This document shows, piece after piece, positions 9,364-18,515 of a stretch of DNA of 64,000 nucleotides. The notes below the pieces were generated by a model. That model saw nothing but the letters and a program-made list of their open reading frames with translations, was not told where the DNA came from and did no database searches. Positions within the stretch are counted from its first letter, which is position 1. Every line of letters starts with the position of its first letter. The position numbers and the translations under genes are program-made. This DNA comes from a virus, in the IMG/VR virus record IMGVR_UViG_3300044796_000141, positions 36,323 through 100,322 of that record, one strand, 5' to 3'.

Positions 9364-9693
9364 ATGTCGAATACTACTGAATTGTCTAAGGAAGCGGTTT
9401 TGGGTCAAATTTTTAACAAGCTTGGCACGGTGGGCGCTAAGGCGTTTGGCGTCTCTCTGTCAGTCGAAACGCTGACCGAGGTTGCGCATGAGGCGCAGCT
9501 TATTTCGCGCGAGCGTGGTCGCTATGGCGGGTCTAATCCGACCCAAGCTGGTTGCGACTTCGTGAGTGTTGACTTCGATGCGTATCAAACGGCGAACGCT
9601 GATAACCGCGAAGCCACGAAATTGGCGAATAAAATCGCAAAGCTGCAAGCCAAGCAAGCCGAAATGGTTGCGGGCAAGACGCAAGCGGCGTAA
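9364..9693 (+). CDS. small protein family A, member 2
   Basis: MSNTTELSKEAVLGQIFNKLGTVGAKAFGVSLSVETLTEVAHEAQLISRERGRYGG... Confidence 0.75.
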   Translation: MSNTTELSKEAVLGQIFNKLGTVGAKAFGVSLSVETLTEVAHEAQLISRERGRYGGSNPTQAGCDFVSVDFDAYQTANADNREATKLANKIAKLQAKQAEMVAGKTQAA

Positions 9694-9786
9694 CAACTAA
9701 ATAAATAACTTAACCCCTTATGGGAATAAGACATAGCTACTAGTTAACTATGTAAAAAGGTTAGTGGGCTATCCTTAAAACCACAA

Positions 9787-9841
9787 AGTCGAAACGCGGT
9801 TCTATTCCGCGTCGCAACATAATGTGTTGCCTGATGAGACT
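9787..9841 (+). ncRNA. hammerhead ribozyme (type II topology) HH1
   Basis: AGUC/GACU (II), GAAA, CGCGG/CCGCG (III), UC^ cleavage at 9813/9814, GCAACA/UGUUGC (I), CUGAUGA. Confidence 0.9.
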
Positions 9842-9861
9842 ATATATGCTAATTATAGTAT

Positions 9862-10269
9862 ATGAAAAAATGTAAAACATGTCGGAACAAATAAAGAAGA
9901 AAATATAAATAATTTTGAAAAAGCAAGAGTCGGCTTAAGAACAATATGTAAAGAATGTAGAAGCAAATACAAAAAACTTCATGGCTCTAAACCAGAAATT
10001 AAAAACAAAAGAAGAAATTCTAATTACATAAAGAAATACAATCTAACACTTGAACAGTGGACAGAATTATTTAATAATCAGAATCATAAATGTAAGATAT
10101 GTCGGGATAGATGAAAGCAATACAGAATGGAAAACATTAGTAGTAGACCATTGCCATAAGACGCGGAAAGGTTAGAGGCTTATTGTGCGACCCTTGTAAT
10201 CGAGGCATAGCAGCTTTTAGAGATAATCCCATTGCATGCCGCAACGCGGCTGACTATTTAGAAAGATAA
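9862..10269 (+). CDS. HNH (endonuclease VII-like) endonuclease with three CGG quadruplet sites (9883, 10103, 10164)
   Basis: Reads MKKCKTC|GTNKEENINNFEKARVGLRTICKECRSKYKKL...NHKCKIC|GIDESNTEWKTLVVDHCHKT|GKVRGLLCDPCNRGIAAFRDNPIACRNAADYLER. Confidence 0.85.
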
Positions 10270-10272
10270 TAT

Positions 10273-10527
10273 ATGAAACCATTTGAAGTGAATGTTTCTA
10301 GTAAGTATGGCGCCCCAATGGGTCGGCGCGAGACTGCAAACTTAGAAGGTAAGGTGCACTTGCAACGCGTGCCGCTTTATGATGGTTGCTATGATAAAGG
10401 TGGCGCATATTGGGGCGGTCCGTCTAACCTGTGGTGTGCGTGGAATGACAAAGGCACACAATACTTGCGCGCGGGTAGCAGAGTGGAAGCAAAAACAATG
10501 TTGCCTGAATGTAAATTCTATAAATAA
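10273..10527 (+). CDS. hypothetical protein
   Basis: ORF; contains in-frame CGG (10324) read as Arg. Confidence 0.65.
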   Translation: MKPFEVNVSSKYGAPMGRRETANLEGKVHLQRVPLYDGCYDKGGAYWGGPSNLWCAWNDKGTQYLRAGSRVEAKTMLPECKFYK

Positions 10528-10538
10528 AGGAAAATAAT

Positions 10539-10742
10539 ATGGAATATGTAATCACCAATGATAAGGGTTTATTTTGGGCCGGTACATATTGGGCGACAGA
10601 GTATCCTGATGCTGTATTGTTTGGCTCGCAAACTAAAGCATTTAGTGCAGCGGAGCGCGTCTACCATCGCACCTATACTGATGTCTATGTAATCGTTAAT
10701 TACGGTATGGATAATCAAGAGATTGTCGATATAATCTTGTAG
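10539..10742 (+). CDS. hypothetical protein
   Basis: ORF with SD aaagga. Confidence 0.65.
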   Translation: MEYVITNDKGLFWAGTYWATEYPDAVLFGSQTKAFSAAERVYHRTYTDVYVIVNYGMDNQEIVDIIL

Positions 10743-10757
10743 GCTTAATCCAACTGC

Positions 10758-11276
10758 CTAATTCGGGGCATCCATTTGTATCGGTGCATTGCATTCACTA
10801 CAATTCCTTAACTTGTGCATTATGCTGGTAGCGAATCCTTTCTTATAGAAGCAGATTAAACACTTACAATAAAACTTATATAAATTCTTTCTGTTCTTTA
10901 ACTCCCAAAATGTTTGGTATGGTATTTCATTCGCTAGTATCACCAGTCTCTGCCATTCTTTACCGTGCTCATCATTAAGGGTACCGTATAGCTTGTAAGT
11001 CAAAATGTGGCAGCATTCATGTATGATGACATTCCTTTGCTCTTCAGGTGTGGCTTGCGCCCATAGCGTTGCGGAAATTTCCATTAGCATCTTACTTGGA
11101 TAAGCGCAAGAAAAATTTCCTACAGTATTTTCGCAGAATCTATAGTGGATATTCTCCGAGAGGTGAGCTAAACTGTTTCTATCACAGGCTTGCTTGATGT
11201 ATGTTTCTATAACATTCATTCTTTGGCAAGCTGCATTATATATGCCACGGTCAATGGTTGACCTTGGTTCATTCAC
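10758..11276 (-). CDS. SprT-like zinc metalloprotease, copy 1
   Basis: VIIHECCHILTYKLYGTLNDEHGKEWQRL; paralogous to 44749 ORF. Confidence 0.75.
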   Translation of the reverse strand: MNEPRSTIDRGIYNAACQRMNVIETYIKQACDRNSLAHLSENIHYRFCENTVGNFSCAYPSKMLMEISATLWAQATPEEQRNVIIHECCHILTYKLYGTLNDEHGKEWQRLVILANEIPYQTFWELKNRKNLYKFYCKCLICFYKKGFATSIMHKLRNCSECNAPIQMDAPN

Positions 11277-11664
11277 TATGGAGCACTATGGTACCGTATC
11301 TTGCCTCTTATTGGTTAGTCTCGGGTTTTGCTTTGACTTGTGTCCCGGTTGAGCGGAAGTCAAAGGCGTCTCTGTCAGACTCGATAGCCGTAGGCTGTTT
11401 TTGCATGGTCATCGGCGGCATCCTACTGCCGTGCGCCATCGTAAGCAGGCTGCTCAATAAGAAGTGAGGTACCAAAATGCTACACTGTTTGCGCACACTG
11501 TAGCATAAATGTAACGCAGTGTGTCGGCGGGCTCATCCACAAAGGCACAAAATATTCAATCATTCCGCTAATGCAGCACAAACAATAGACCTTGGCACAC
11601 ACTGTGCTATGTAGTCAATCATCGGTGGCAATGAAGCAACCGACAAATTGAAAGAGAAAATATC

Positions 11665-11874
11665 ATGGACGCTAAGATTAAAGATAAGTATGTTGTTCGC
11701 GTGGTCGGAGCAGTTGCACAAAAGGTCGGGGGAGCACTTGGGTTTACTCCTTCAGAGTCATTGAGCCTTTTACTTGCGAAAGAATTGGGCTTAGTCTCTC
11801 GCGAAAAAGGTCGCTATGGTGGCACGTCAGTCAATGATAATGGTTTGAAGTTTTTGTTTCGTGATGCGGCTTAA
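11665..11874 (+). CDS. small protein family A, short member
   Basis: ...LLLAKELGLVSREKGRYGGTSVNDNGLKF resembles 9364 ORF. Confidence 0.65.
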   Translation: MDAKIKDKYVVRVVGAVAQKVGGALGFTPSESLSLLLAKELGLVSREKGRYGGTSVNDNGLKFLFRDAA

Positions 11875-11904
11875 TTAAAATCTTATAACTAAAGGATAAA
11901 TAAA

Positions 11905-12213
11905 ATGTCAACCGAATACTCTAAAGAAACAGTTTTGGCTCACATCTTTAAGAAGTTGGAAAATGAAAATAAGAAAAGTTTTGGTATCGCTTTCTCGCAT
12001 GAAGCATTGACGCAAGTTGCAACGGAATGCCTGTTCATTGAGCGTAAGCGTAAGTTTGGTTCAATCCCTACTCAAAAGGGCGTTGAATATGTGAATATGA
12101 ATTGGCAACGATATCAAAATGAAAATGCGGCTGGCTCTGAGATGAATAGATTGCAGAATCAAATTGCTAAACTTCAGCAAAGACAAGCCGAGCTGCGAAC
12201 GAAAGCAGCTTAA
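11905..12213 (+). CDS. small protein family A, member 3
   Basis: MSTEYSKETVLAHIFKKLENENKKSFGIAFSHEALTQVATECLFIERKRKFG... Confidence 0.75.
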   Translation: MSTEYSKETVLAHIFKKLENENKKSFGIAFSHEALTQVATECLFIERKRKFGSIPTQKGVEYVNMNWQRYQNENAAGSEMNRLQNQIAKLQQRQAELRTKAA

Positions 12214-12273
12214 TCCGAAACGCCCCACCAAAAATAAGGGGCGTCGCAAGGTGACGCCTTGCCTGATGAGGAT
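12213..12273 (+). ncRNA. hammerhead ribozyme (type II topology) HH2
   Basis: AUCC/GGAU (II), GAAA, CGCCCC/GGGGCG (III), UC^ cleavage at 12245/12246, GCAAGG/CCUUGC (I), CUGAUGA. Confidence 0.9.
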
Positions 12274-12275
12274 AT

Positions 12276-12617
12276 ATGATAAGCCAAGATAGATATATCA
12301 AAGTATTTAAGAACGAACTAGATACGCAAGCTAATAGACTTAAAGAAATGTTTGCGAGTTTAGTGGAGTATAATAGCGCGGGTGAATGCGTACCAAAAAG
12401 CTCCACCAATGTCAAACAGCTAAAAGCAATCAAAGATGGTCTACAATCTGTTCTTGCCATTCTAGATGAAGTAAAAGTAAATACTAAGAAGCTTAATAAA
12501 GAAATAAAAGACGCAGATATTGAAGTAAATAAGACTAGAGACTTATTAATTGCTTTCTCTAAAGAGTATAAGATTGTATTACCTTCAATCTTAACAAAAC
12601 TTTACCGCATTACCTAA
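12276..12617 (+). CDS. hypothetical coiled-coil protein
   Basis: ORF; its SD overlaps the HH2 3' strand. Confidence 0.65.
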   Translation: MISQDRYIKVFKNELDTQANRLKEMFASLVEYNSAGECVPKSSTNVKQLKAIKDGLQSVLAILDEVKVNTKKLNKEIKDADIEVNKTRDLLIAFSKEYKIVLPSILTKLYRIT

Positions 12618-12915
12618 TTCTATAAACGCTCTAGGCCACGCCAAAGTAATCAGGGGTAGCCTAGGGTATAGTCGCACTGCCATCGCAGCGCAGAGTGGCG
12701 TTTAAACGCTTTTTGGAGCTATTTTGGACACTGTTAAGCCGGTAAGTCGTGTGTGGTACGTTGAGAATGAAAAAGGCGATAAGAGACACGAAGTAACCGC
12801 TAACACATACATAGAAGCAAAGCAAAAGGGCAGAGTAATATTTCCTAATGAAGATATTGTTGTTTTCCCACAATCAATTGCCGGCTTTAGATTAATTTAT
12901 TGAAAGGATAAAAAT

Positions 12916-13200
12916 ATGGCTTGCGAGACTGATACTATAACGGCGCCCGCACATTGGGCAAGCTACTTGGTTAATGGCGATGCATCTAGCTTTGATTATT
13001 ATAACACGCCGAGTAATGCAGCGGGCGACCGAGATAAAGCGTTGTGCGATGCATGGCTAGAAACGCTTTCGGCGGATGGATGGAGCGTATGCAGTGCCGA
13101 AGGCGAAGCTTATTTCACGCATAACTATCCTTATTTCGCGCGGGATGGTCATGTAACGGCGGGCGATGTGCTCGAATACACAATCATTAGGAGTAAGTAA
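12916..13200 (+). CDS. hypothetical protein
   Basis: ORF with SD. Confidence 0.65.
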   Translation: MACETDTITAPAHWASYLVNGDASSFDYYNTPSNAAGDRDKALCDAWLETLSADGWSVCSAEGEAYFTHNYPYFARDGHVTAGDVLEYTIIRSK

Positions 13201-13457
13201 TGGAAAACTATTTTAATAAATGTCATTTCTATGCTGAAGCAACGATGCCCAATAAAAGAAAGCGCAAGCTCGACTTCAAGTTTGAAGATGATTGTTTTTA
13301 TGCCTCTGTAAAAACGCACGCGACTATAGCGCTTAACAAGCGATTGCGCAAGCCACATCTTTGGGTAGGCGTTCAGTGCGTTATCACAATGGGCGAGAAG
13401 CAAATTGATGGCGTGATTGAATATGCCGGACTATACAATGAGGTTATCGTTCAATGA
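13200..13457 (+). CDS. hypothetical protein
   Basis: ORF overlapping neighbours. Confidence 0.6.
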   Translation: MENYFNKCHFYAEATMPNKRKRKLDFKFEDDCFYASVKTHATIALNKRLRKPHLWVGVQCVITMGEKQIDGVIEYAGLYNEVIVQ

Positions 13458-13735
13458 AAACTACACGAGCAATTATTGATATTCCGTTGACGCCTGACTA
13501 TGTTTTGAATAATGCTCACGCGCGCTATTGGTGGCACATGGATAAAGATGAACGAGCACGTGAAGACAAAGGTAGCCGGCGCATGACTCTCGCTAAACTT
13601 AAGCGCGGTCTAACGCTCTTGCCTACGCTCAAGAATGATGCGATGGTGGGGCGCATTGTTACTGGCGAGCCTGATGGTGAAGACTTGGATGTCCTTTTGC
13701 AATTGAGTATGTTTGGAGAATTGCTTTATGGATGA
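13454..13735 (+). CDS. hypothetical protein
   Basis: ATGA-coupled ORF. Confidence 0.6.
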   Translation: MKTTRAIIDIPLTPDYVLNNAHARYWWHMDKDERAREDKGSRRMTLAKLKRGLTLLPTLKNDAMVGRIVTGEPDGEDLDVLLQLSMFGELLYG

Positions 13736-13994
13736 GCATAAGACTGTTGTTGTCTTTCGCCTTTATGAGACTGGCGAATTGCTCGCGTTGTTTCCTGGCT
13801 TGCCATACAGTGACGTTCATCACGAGCAATGCATGAGTTATCAGCACGTTGGTCAGCACGGTGGAGCGGATTACAATCATTGTATCCGGCAAACTTGCCG
13901 AGCATTGCCGCATGAATATGAACCACTTAAAAAAGAACTAGAAGCAATTGGTTATAACCTAAATGTTCGTGAACGCTATACTAGAAAGGTTTAG
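13728..13994 (+). CDS. hypothetical protein
   Basis: ORF MDEHKTVVVFRLYETGELLALFPG... Confidence 0.55.
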   Translation: MDEHKTVVVFRLYETGELLALFPGLPYSDVHHEQCMSYQHVGQHGGADYNHCIRQTCRALPHEYEPLKKELEAIGYNLNVRERYTRKV

Positions 13995-13997
13995 AAT

Positions 13998-14375
13998 ATG
14001 ATGAATACATTGGCTCAAGCTATTATCAAAACGATGGATGCTGCCCTTACCTGTAAATCAAAGGGTAATAATGAATGGTATCTTAAGCATACGCAAGCGT
14101 TATCTAAGCTTCAAAGTATGTTGCCAAGTGGAGCAGGTATTGATTGCGGTACAAAGATTAGTGAAGCATCAACGACAGATAAGCTTGTGTTGATTGTCGA
14201 ATATCATCATATGAATGAGCACGGTTATGATGGATGGACGCAGCATATCATTACTGTCAAGCCTTCGTTTATCTGGGGGCTAGATATTAAAATCAGCGGT
14301 CCTAATCGCAATGACATCAAAGAATATCTTCACGATGTCTATAAGAATGCGCTTGAAGAATTGGTTGTGCTATGA
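13998..14375 (+). CDS. hypothetical protein
   Basis: ORF, 125 aa. Confidence 0.65.
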   Translation: MMNTLAQAIIKTMDAALTCKSKGNNEWYLKHTQALSKLQSMLPSGAGIDCGTKISEASTTDKLVLIVEYHHMNEHGYDGWTQHIITVKPSFIWGLDIKISGPNRNDIKEYLHDVYKNALEELVVL

Positions 14376-14557
14376 ATAATGCGTCGCGTTTAATTCCTAC
14401 TTCCACTGAGCAATATCGTAGAACAATCAAAGCCTTTGATGAATTGCTTGATGCCATTGCAGCTAGCGACATGCTTACATGGTCGATTGCTCAACGCCAT
14501 GATGTGAATTATTATCAGCGTCTATTGATTGAAGCCGTTAATAAACAAAGAGGATAA
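14372..14557 (+). CDS. hypothetical protein
   Basis: ATGA-coupled ORF. Confidence 0.6.
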   Translation: MNNASRLIPTSTEQYRRTIKAFDELLDAIAASDMLTWSIAQRHDVNYYQRLLIEAVNKQRG

Positions 14558-14563
14558 CAATCA

Positions 14564-14715
14564 TGACCAAAGAAGAAATGATTGAAAAACTTATTGAAAA
14601 TGTCGATGATTGGGACATTGAAGTTTTGATTGATACCGTTAAAGATGTGCGGCGCGAGGAGCTTGAAGCATACGATTATGAAAAAGTCAAAGAAATATTT
14701 GACTTTGAAAGCTAA
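14564..14715 (+). CDS. hypothetical acidic small protein
   Basis: MTKEEMIEKLIENVDDWDIEVLIDTVKDVRREELEAYDYEKVKEIFDFES. Confidence 0.5.
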
Positions 14716-14727
14716 AGGATAAATAAT

Positions 14728-14961
14728 ATGTTTAAGACAGCCGAAGTGAATGGTAAGAAAATTGCCTATACTGATGACACTGTTTTCTTGGTACAAGTAG
14801 GACGCGGTAAGAGCGCATATAAGACGCGCTACTCTTTCACTGGCAAAAATATTGGTCAGGCATTCATGTATTTTAGTGGTATCAATATTGGTAACGGTTA
14901 TAAGAAACGTCTGTTCGTTCCTAGTTTTAATAAACCATGTCTTGCGCGTCAGTTTAGTTAG
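14728..14961 (+). CDS. hypothetical protein
   Basis: ORF, 77 aa. Confidence 0.6.
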   Translation: MFKTAEVNGKKIAYTDDTVFLVQVGRGKSAYKTRYSFTGKNIGQAFMYFSGINIGNGYKKRLFVPSFNKPCLARQFS

Positions 14962-14970
14962 TGGTATAAT
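14942..14970 (+). promoter_or_regulatory. promoter of tRNA-Leu
   Basis: TTGCGC-N17-TATAAT immediately upstream of the tRNA. Confidence 0.55.
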
Positions 14971-14976
14971 GGCAAT

Positions 14977-15053
14977 GGCCCTGTATCCCAATTGCTAGAG
15001 GAAATCGACTTAAAATCGACAAAGTATGGGTTGGAATCCCATCAGGGCTACCA
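14977..15053 (+). tRNA. tRNA-Leu(UAA)-like
   Basis: GGCCCTG...CAGGGCT acceptor, CTTAAAA anticodon loop, ATGGG-TTGGAAT-CCCAT T-arm, encoded CCA; several mismatches. Confidence 0.6.
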
Positions 15054-15097
15054 TTATTCTCTTTACACTTTTGATAGTTCGTGCTACTATTTATAGT

Positions 15098-15891
15098 ATG
15101 AAAGTAAATTATACAAAAGAAAAATTAGAAGAAATATGTAAACAAAGTTATTCAATAGCTCAAGTATTAGTGTTGCTTGGATTAAAGCCAAGAGGTCGGC
15201 AATTACAAAACAGTTAAAGCATATATAAAAAAGAATGAGATTGACGTATCACACTTTACAGGAAAGCGGACACCTTAAAGGTAAAACTCATGCTTATAAT
15301 CCGGCTATTGCTCTTGTAGACATTTTAAAAAAAGACTCACACTATCAATCATCTAGGCTTCGCGAACGTTTAATAGAAGAAAAATATTTTGAAGCTAAAT
15401 GTTATGTGTGTGGATTAATAGAATGGCAAGGAAAAGCTATAGCACTTGAATTAGAACATATTAGTGGTGACAATACCAATAATTGTATAGAAAACTTAAC
15501 ACTACTATGCCCCAATTGCCACGCTCAAACAAATACTTATAGAGGAAAAAATAAAAAATATACAATTGGTGATACGCTACCAAAACAACCGAAACTAAAA
15601 ATATATAAGCCAGAATATAGATATCAAATAAAATTATGCAAGGACTGTTCAAAAGAAATAAGTGATGGAGCTATCCGTTGCAAACCGTGTGCCGGCAAAA
15701 TTAATTCTCTTCCAAAGATAATATGGCCGAATAAAGAAGAATTAGAAAAGCTTGTATGGGAGCAATCAACATGGCGATTAGCAAAGCATCTAGGCGTTAG
15801 TGATAAGGCAATAGAAAAGCACTGTAAACAATTAGGGATTGATAAACCCGGTCCTGGCTATTGGACTAAAAAACGATTTAATAAAATCTAA
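15098..15891 (+). CDS. HNH endonuclease with N-terminal helix-turn-helix-like region and two CGG quadruplet sites (15197, 15267)
   Basis: MKVNYTKEKLEEICKQSYSIAQVLVLLGLKPRG|GNYKTVKAYIKKNEIDVSHFTGK|GHLKGKTHAYNP...CYVCGLIEWQGKAIALELEHISGDNTNNCIENLTLLCPNCHAQTNTYRGKN. Confidence 0.85.
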
Positions 15892-15902
15892 AGGAAAACA
15901 AA

Positions 15903-16100
15903 ATGAAAGAATTTATTAACAAGTTGTTTTTAACTTGGTTCTTGGTAAGTTTACTTTTAGGTATTGGAATGTCAATTGTTTTTATTTCAATTACATTCAA
16001 TAGGAACGAAGATATTGGTCAATGCATTTTTATGAGCTTTGTGTGGTGGATACCGCATATCATATATCATTGGGCTAATTGGCTAAGGAAAACGAAATGA
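15903..16100 (+). CDS. small membrane protein
   Basis: Two hydrophobic segments. Confidence 0.6.
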   Translation: MKEFINKLFLTWFLVSLLLGIGMSIVFISITFNRNEDIGQCIFMSFVWWIPHIIYHWANWLRKTK

Positions 16101-16939
16101 AAAAGATTATTATTGGATTGATGGTTCTTCTTACAAGTACTAAAGCCAACGCATCAGACTGTCCCTCTAATGGCGAAGTGTTTGAAGGACAAGAGGGGCG
16201 CAAAGAAAATTGCGAACAAGAAGAAGCAACTTTACTTAATGCATTAAATCGTAATAAGTATCCTTTGGGCCGCAAACAACACAAATCTGGCTATTATTGC
16301 TCTCGTCCATTTGGACCTGAAAGTTCTCAATGTATTGAAAGTGCAGACAATCTTACCAGTATATTGGTAAAGTGTGAAGAGTGCTATTCTCTTTATGATA
16401 AAAAGAAAGCAGCGGAAGATGCTGCCCAAGAACAACAAGAGCGCGATGACGAACAAGCAAAGCAAGACAAAGAAAAAGCTTTGACAGAATGGATTAAACC
16501 TCAACTAAAACAATTAGCTATTAAATCAGGATATTTAGATGTTAACTATGACGAAGGTATCTTAGAGACAATCAACAAACTTAAACAAGGAAATGAAACA
16601 CTAAATAATATTAAAAAAGTTCCAGTAAAAATTAATGAAAATGATAACTTTAAAATACTTCAGGTGTATGACCAAAATAATATTCTTTTAGTTGATGAAG
16701 ATAATGTTGTAATTTGGTTGCACAACTATGCTAAAAATGGTGGACAATTTACCGCTATTGAAGGTGGCAATCTTTTTGCTCTTGGAATGCATTATGCAGC
16801 GATTGCCGGAATTAAGACATACACAACAGCTATGCGAGGAACTAAACAAGCAATCGTTATTGAAAAACCGCACTGGAATAAATCAGCAAGTAAAGATTTT
16901 GATAAAAAATTAAATAAATGGTACGAAGAAAATAAATGA
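16097..16939 (+). CDS. secreted hypothetical protein
   Basis: Signal peptide MKKIIIGLMVLLTSTKANA; Cys pairs. Confidence 0.65.
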   Translation: MKKIIIGLMVLLTSTKANASDCPSNGEVFEGQEGRKENCEQEEATLLNALNRNKYPLGRKQHKSGYYCSRPFGPESSQCIESADNLTSILVKCEECYSLYDKKKAAEDAAQEQQERDDEQAKQDKEKALTEWIKPQLKQLAIKSGYLDVNYDEGILETINKLKQGNETLNNIKKVPVKINENDNFKILQVYDQNNILLVDEDNVVIWLHNYAKNGGQFTAIEGGNLFALGMHYAAIAGIKTYTTAMRGTKQAIVIEKPHWNKSASKDFDKKLNKWYEENK

Positions 16940-16952
16940 AAGAAAGGTCAAT

Positions 16953-17108
16953 ATGATTAAATGGATTGTCTTTTTTGTATATTGTCTTATGTGTCAGATT
17001 GTAATGCAAGAGAAATATCCTGCTCACGATTCTGAAACAAAGATTATTCGTATTGTTATTGCGCCTATTTGGGTTCCAACTAAAGCATTGGAAGGACTAA
17101 TCAAATGA
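16953..17108 (+). CDS. small membrane protein
   Basis: MIKWIVFFVYCLMCQIVMQEKYPAHDSETK... Confidence 0.5.
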   Translation: MIKWIVFFVYCLMCQIVMQEKYPAHDSETKIIRIVIAPIWVPTKALEGLIK

Positions 17109-17470
17109 CCGTAAGAAGAAATGGAAATTTGTGTCGTGTCTACAGTAATGATAGTGGACTATTGCAAGAATGCACATCTTATAGTACCATGTTGTTTTGT
17201 TGGTCTGAAGATAGAAGCTATGTAATTAACAACACTACTCGCTATAGTCCCACTACACAAAAGCAAAGGTCGCGCTATCTCAATAGCGACTTGCGATTGT
17301 TGGATGCTCGCCACATTCGAGTCGTTGAAATTGACGGCATGAATCGCGGCGTAACGCAATATGAATTGCGCCGTGTGGCTGCGTTGAAAGTCAACACTCT
17401 TGACATTGAGGCGAGCGCTTGCTCTTGTGGTCGTTGTATTGTTTGTGCATCAAATAGTCTTGGAGCTTAA
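17105..17470 (+). CDS. hypothetical protein with C-terminal CSCGRCIVC
   Basis: ORF, Cys-rich C-terminus. Confidence 0.6.
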   Translation: MTVRRNGNLCRVYSNDSGLLQECTSYSTMLFCWSEDRSYVINNTTRYSPTTQKQRSRYLNSDLRLLDARHIRVVEIDGMNRGVTQYELRRVAALKVNTLDIEASACSCGRCIVCASNSLGA

Positions 17471-17504
17471 TCGTACCGTAAAATTTCAATAGGAGAAAAT
17501 TACA

Positions 17505-17750
17505 ATGAAGAAGAATTTTAAAAAATCTCAATTAGTTCCTGGTCGATGGATTCGTATTCGATATAGTGATGTTGGCGTGAGGGATGTTATCTTGACAGAT
17601 ATCAATCAGCGCCAAAAAGATGCCAATGGAATGGGCTGGCCTACTGAATATAAAGTTTTTGAACCGTCAGAGAAGGGTCGCGCTAATGATACGGTTGATT
17701 ATAGTCAGATTGTTGCTGTCGGTCCTTATGTAAATGCACCAGCATTTTAG
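17505..17750 (+). CDS. hypothetical protein
   Basis: ORF with SD. Confidence 0.6.
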   Translation: MKKNFKKSQLVPGRWIRIRYSDVGVRDVILTDINQRQKDANGMGWPTEYKVFEPSEKGRANDTVDYSQIVAVGPYVNAPAF

Positions 17751-17758
17751 GAAAATAT

Positions 17759-17968
17759 ATGTCATTTGAAAAGCGTATTCATGCACTTGAAGAGGCCGCC
17801 AACAACAATGTTCCAGGGACTAATCTAACTCGTGTTCTTACGGGCGATGGTAGTAAGTGGGCTTTGTCTATTGGTGGAATGCAATTACCCAAGCATCATT
17901 TCTATGGCGACTCTATTTCTGATGTGGTAATTCAAGCCGAAATGTTCTTTCAAATTAAAGGAAAGTAA
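17759..17968 (+). CDS. hypothetical protein
   Basis: ORF with SD. Confidence 0.6.
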   Translation: MSFEKRIHALEEAANNNVPGTNLTRVLTGDGSKWALSIGGMQLPKHHFYGDSISDVVIQAEMFFQIKGK

Positions 17969-17969
17969 T

Positions 17970-18230
17970 ATGACTGAAGAAGAAATTCAAATTGTTGAAT
18001 TTGAAGAGTTGTTGGATGAATGGGAGCAGCAAAATAAAATCTATTCTTATGAGCAGCCGCGTAATTTTACAAAGCTTATAAATGCGCTAGATAGCAATTA
18101 TCATACCATTGAAGACTTCCTAGAAGATAATCCAGGGGCACTCAGCGCTTTGCGTGATTGGATTGCTGAGCAAAATGTTTCACATTGGCATGAATCTATT
18201 GCAGACGAATTGGTACTAACCGAGGAATAG
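17970..18230 (+). CDS. hypothetical acidic protein
   Basis: ORF. Confidence 0.6.
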   Translation: MTEEEIQIVEFEELLDEWEQQNKIYSYEQPRNFTKLINALDSNYHTIEDFLEDNPGALSALRDWIAEQNVSHWHESIADELVLTEE

Positions 18231-18232
18231 AC

Positions 18233-18514
18233 ATGAGCTTAGAACAAGGACTGTTAGAAAATGCCGGTTTTGATTGTCAGAGTTACAGTGGTAGAGGTAT
18301 GTATGGCGATACTTGTCTAGCCGTAGTAACCGATGATGATGTTTTAAATCTATTTGCAGACTTAATAGATAATGGTTGCGGCGGCAAGCCAAACAGTGAA
18401 GAATCTTACTATATTGTTAAAATGTTACGCGATGCCAAACAAGATAGTATGGGCAAAGGTACAGTTATCTATTGGCCTAATATTCCATTTGAAGAAGAAA
18501 CAGAAGAGGATTAA
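18233..18514 (+). CDS. hypothetical protein
   Basis: ORF. Confidence 0.6.
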   Translation: MSLEQGLLENAGFDCQSYSGRGMYGDTCLAVVTDDDVLNLFADLIDNGCGGKPNSEESYYIVKMLRDAKQDSMGKGTVIYWPNIPFEEETEED

Positions 18515-18515
18515 T

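Noticed and set aside
9257-9475. ORF 9257..9475
   Set aside because: Overlaps the better supported family-A gene starting at 9364 in another frame.
14515-14991. Minus-strand 158-aa ORF
   Set aside because: Antisense to three well-formed small genes with SDs; no recognisable motif.
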